Source: Eledone cirrhosa (lineage: Eukaryota). Taken from it: a stretch of 64,000 nucleotides of DNA. Shown piece by piece: positions 60,757 to 64,000 of this stretch. Made by a program: the position numbers and the translations under genes. Positions within the stretch are counted from its first letter, which is position 1. The number at the start of each line of letters is the position of its first letter. The notes under the pieces were generated by a model. The model saw nothing but the letters and a program-made list of their open reading frames with translations. It did no database searches and was not told where the DNA came from. Location of the stretch: the NCBI GenBank assembly GCA_964016885.1, contig OZ024743.1, positions 149,978,001 to 150,042,000 on the forward strand, given 5' to 3'.

Positions 60757-61250
60757 GTATATTGGCACCAGGAAGAGCATCCGGTTGTAAAACATTGTCT
60801 CAAAAAGTCATGTCCGATGCATTCCAGCATGGAGAAATCAATGTCAAAATTATATATATATATAAGTCCTTAGTTTAGTTTGATTTTCCTTAACTTTAGT
60901 CTATATTTGCTTGTGTCACCCTTTTCCCCTCTCATTCAAGATGGGTTTGTTTGTTGGCTGAATTCTATAGCATGTCAACTAAATTTGCTGGAGAATTAAT
61001 TAAATATTGAGAAAAATGTCACCATGGACTGTTTTAGATAAAACTTATTTTTATATCTGGCTGAAATTGTTTTTTTCATGTTAATGTAGGTGGAATGGTT
61101 TCTACAAATATAAATGCTTTTCTATTATATTATTTTTTAGAGTAATCGTAATTTTGCAGCTGGATACTCTTCCTATTGCTAACTATTCAACTATGAATAC
61201 AAATGGCCCCAGTTTTTCAGCTATTTGTAAATATAATAATGCTCTTGGGT

Positions 61251-61711
61251 TGAGGAACAATGGATAGGATATTCACAGCGAGACAAATGCAAGAGAAGTG
61301 CTATGAACATGGATCTTGCTATGAGCAGGGATCTTGTCCAGGTTTTTATTGATCTAACAAAAGAATAGACCATTCTTGTGGAAATTACTCTGCACAGTTG
61401 GTTGACCACATTACTTCGTTTTCATAATTAAATCATTTCATGGTGGAGTCGTAGGAAACATGTCAGGATCCATTCCTAGAGAGGATTGGATCAAACAGAG
61501 TGACGTCCTTGTCTGAACTCTTTCCTCTTTGTATTTTGCTGTTACTCCCACTCATATTCTTGCTACTGATTGGTTTGGGATTTATATGAGGTACAGATCA
61601 TCAAGGAATCTCTTTAATTTGTGACATTTTGTAGCCTTTCACTACCTTGTTTATGATATCCTTTATGCAGATGATTGCAACTTAGTTGCACACACTGCTG
61701 AAGCTATGGAA
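61251..61711 (+). mobile_element. Decayed RTE-clade LINE reverse transcriptase fragment
   Basis: Across stops and frameshifts: GTMDRIFTARQMQEKCYE, VFIDLTK, LWKLL, IKSFHGG, IKQSDVL, GIYMRYRSSRNLFNL and DILYADDCNLVAHT (YADD at 61664-61675). Confidence 0.92.
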
Positions 61712-64000
61712 ATATGTGGTCTGTTGAATTCCTCACAAAACTCCAATTGATTACCTTTGTGCTAACAACCATACATTATACTTGTTTAGCTCATACCCAA
61801 AGACTTCATCTGTACTCATAGATTGCTGTCTTGAATTCTATGAGCAGTCTCTCTTACATGACATTAGAATCACAGTTTCTGTGTTGCTTATGACCTTTGA
61901 CTTGAAATAGCATGCAAGCTTATCCAAACTTTTAAACTCTCGTATATGAATGATTAATTGCTAGAAAGAAAAAAACATATTGTATTGACCTAAATGGTAC
62001 CACGTTGAAAACAACAGTACATTTCATAATAGAGAAAGGCAGTATAAACAACTATATTTAACGATAATCATAAAGAAACAGAGGAAGAATATTGAGCAAT
62101 GGGATTAAACTGTAGTTATGTGGGGCGGGGTGGGAGGGCAAAAAGCGCAAACATATAATATGAAAATAATGACAAAATTATTTTTTACCAATATATTTTA
62201 GACTAAGACAACATGGACTGTGAAAGCAAAAAGCTTATAAGATAATTGTCTTAAATTTAGAAATATATTTGTAAACAAAACTGGTTTGCCTTCTCTTATT
62301 GAATTCAATAAACATCTTATAATCTTCTTTTTCTGTATTAATTATTAATGAGACACTAAATTTTTCTGTTGACATATTTTGTTTTATCATTAAAATCAAG
62401 TCCATTTTTCAGGTACTTACATGTTGTGCATGTATGTATATCTATTTTGTTTGAAGTTGACTTCATGACAATAGAGTGACTGTAAGATTATGATGCAAGA
62501 TGACTGACCACATTATTGTGAATTATTTAATTTTGATTGTAGTTAATATGTTCTACCCAAGAGCATTATTATATTTATCTTGAGACGAAAAATTGAGGCC
62601 ATTCCCATTCAAAGTTGAACAGTTAAAAATAGGGAGAAAATCCAGCTGGAAAATTACAATCACTCTATAAAAAGAAACAAATATAAAAGTACCTATATTT
62701 GCAGAAACCATTCAGCCAACAATAGTATGGAAAAACAATTTAAGTCAGATATAAAAATACGATTCATTTAAAGTAGTTCAAGAAAACAGAACATTGTCTT
62801 TCCAATTTGTAATCTTAAATGAAAGCATTAAATTGTTACAAAGTCCAAAACAATTAAAATAACTAATATAAAAAAGAGTTGTCATCACAGTTATTTATTC
62901 TGTTTTAGTCTATGGCCCATGATCATACAACAAAACTTCACACTGCATTGAAATGGCATGAATGTCTTAAAATTATCAGATGATTGAGAATGATACTTAT
63001 TTTGGAATGTTGTAGCACAAAGCTTTGGTGATTGTATATGTGTTAGCAAACTGGGCTGGATGTTTAGTCTTAGTGTTTTTATTTTCTAGCTAATATTTAG
63101 TTAGGTTCAGTTTTCGTTTTCATCATTCTATGCTTGTAAAATAAGTACCAGTAATATACTGAATTCAGATTGAATTGTAATTTATTTAAACAAAAATATA
63201 TCATCGTTATTATCTTTTTTGTTTATCCTAGTAGTTACTAGAATAGATTTTTAATTCATAAAACAGCTGACAATTAGAATAATTCTCAAGGACTTTACAT
63301 TAGAAGTGTAGAAATTACAGAACTTAGCAGAAGATATCTATAAGTATATTACAACATTTATGTTATCATCATCATTGTCATTTTAATGTCTGATTTTTGT
63401 GGGGAGTTTTCACTAGAGGCACTATTTTGTTTTTTGTGCCAGACATATGAAACGAAATCTGTATCTTGCTGGTATTTTTCACCATCCTCATTATTTTCTC
63501 AATGTTCATTGAATAATGATGTCATGTCAGCCAAATGTCACTTCTGATAAAGGGTTGAAGAATGCCAATAGTGATTAAGTTTTCTGCTTCTCTATTTGTG
63601 AGCATTTTGGACTATGCTAAGGTATTAGATTGTCATCATTGATATTCTATCATTTTCAAGATCTTTTCCATTTCTACATTACCTCATTGGTACATACATC
63701 CGAGGTAAGGCAGAAAATAATGTCTAGCATGTGCAAAAAAAACAAAAAAAAACGAAGAAAACGTAGGTGCACGTACTTTAGTTCACTTGACTCTTCAACA
63801 TCTGACATTTACTGATGCAAATATTATTCTGAAGACTAGATATTTTTGTATCCATACACATTTTTTTAATATACTAACACCATATATATATTTACATATA
63901 TTGTATGTATGAGTATATATATATATATGTGTGTGTGTGCATGTGTGCACATGTGTGTGTGTGTATGTGTGTGGAGAGGGAGAGAGAGAGAAAGATAAAA

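Overview
AT-rich eukaryotic genomic DNA, not prokaryotic. It is dominated by (TA)n, (TG)n and (AAT)n microsatellites and tRNA-derived SINEs. The SINE families resemble those I recall from octopod cephalopods (inference, no search run). No complete protein-coding gene is present, and nearly all long ORFs in the track are microsatellite artefacts. Supported content: (i) a ~5 kb near-identical duplication either side of a 200-N gap (2661-7604 and 7805-12801), probably two haplotypes; (ii) a few candidate + strand exons (2756-2855, 3341-3380, 14591-14613, 39239-39397) of an unidentified gene with very long introns; (iii) an internally deleted Tigger/pogo transposon, two MITE-like elements, two decayed RTE-clade LINE fragments and more than 25 SINE copies from at least four families; (iv) a 12 x 84 bp tandem array with one open frame; (v) several long perfect palindromes. 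The most interesting signal is a set of minimal type I hammerhead ribozyme motifs. One has an intact core (20386-20440), one has an intact core but weak stems (52520-52569), and four are decayed or half copies. They sit in short, mostly (TA)n-flanked inserts; three are followed by AATAAA and three carry an upstream inverted segment. This is the architecture expected of Penelope-like-element pseudo-LTR remnants.
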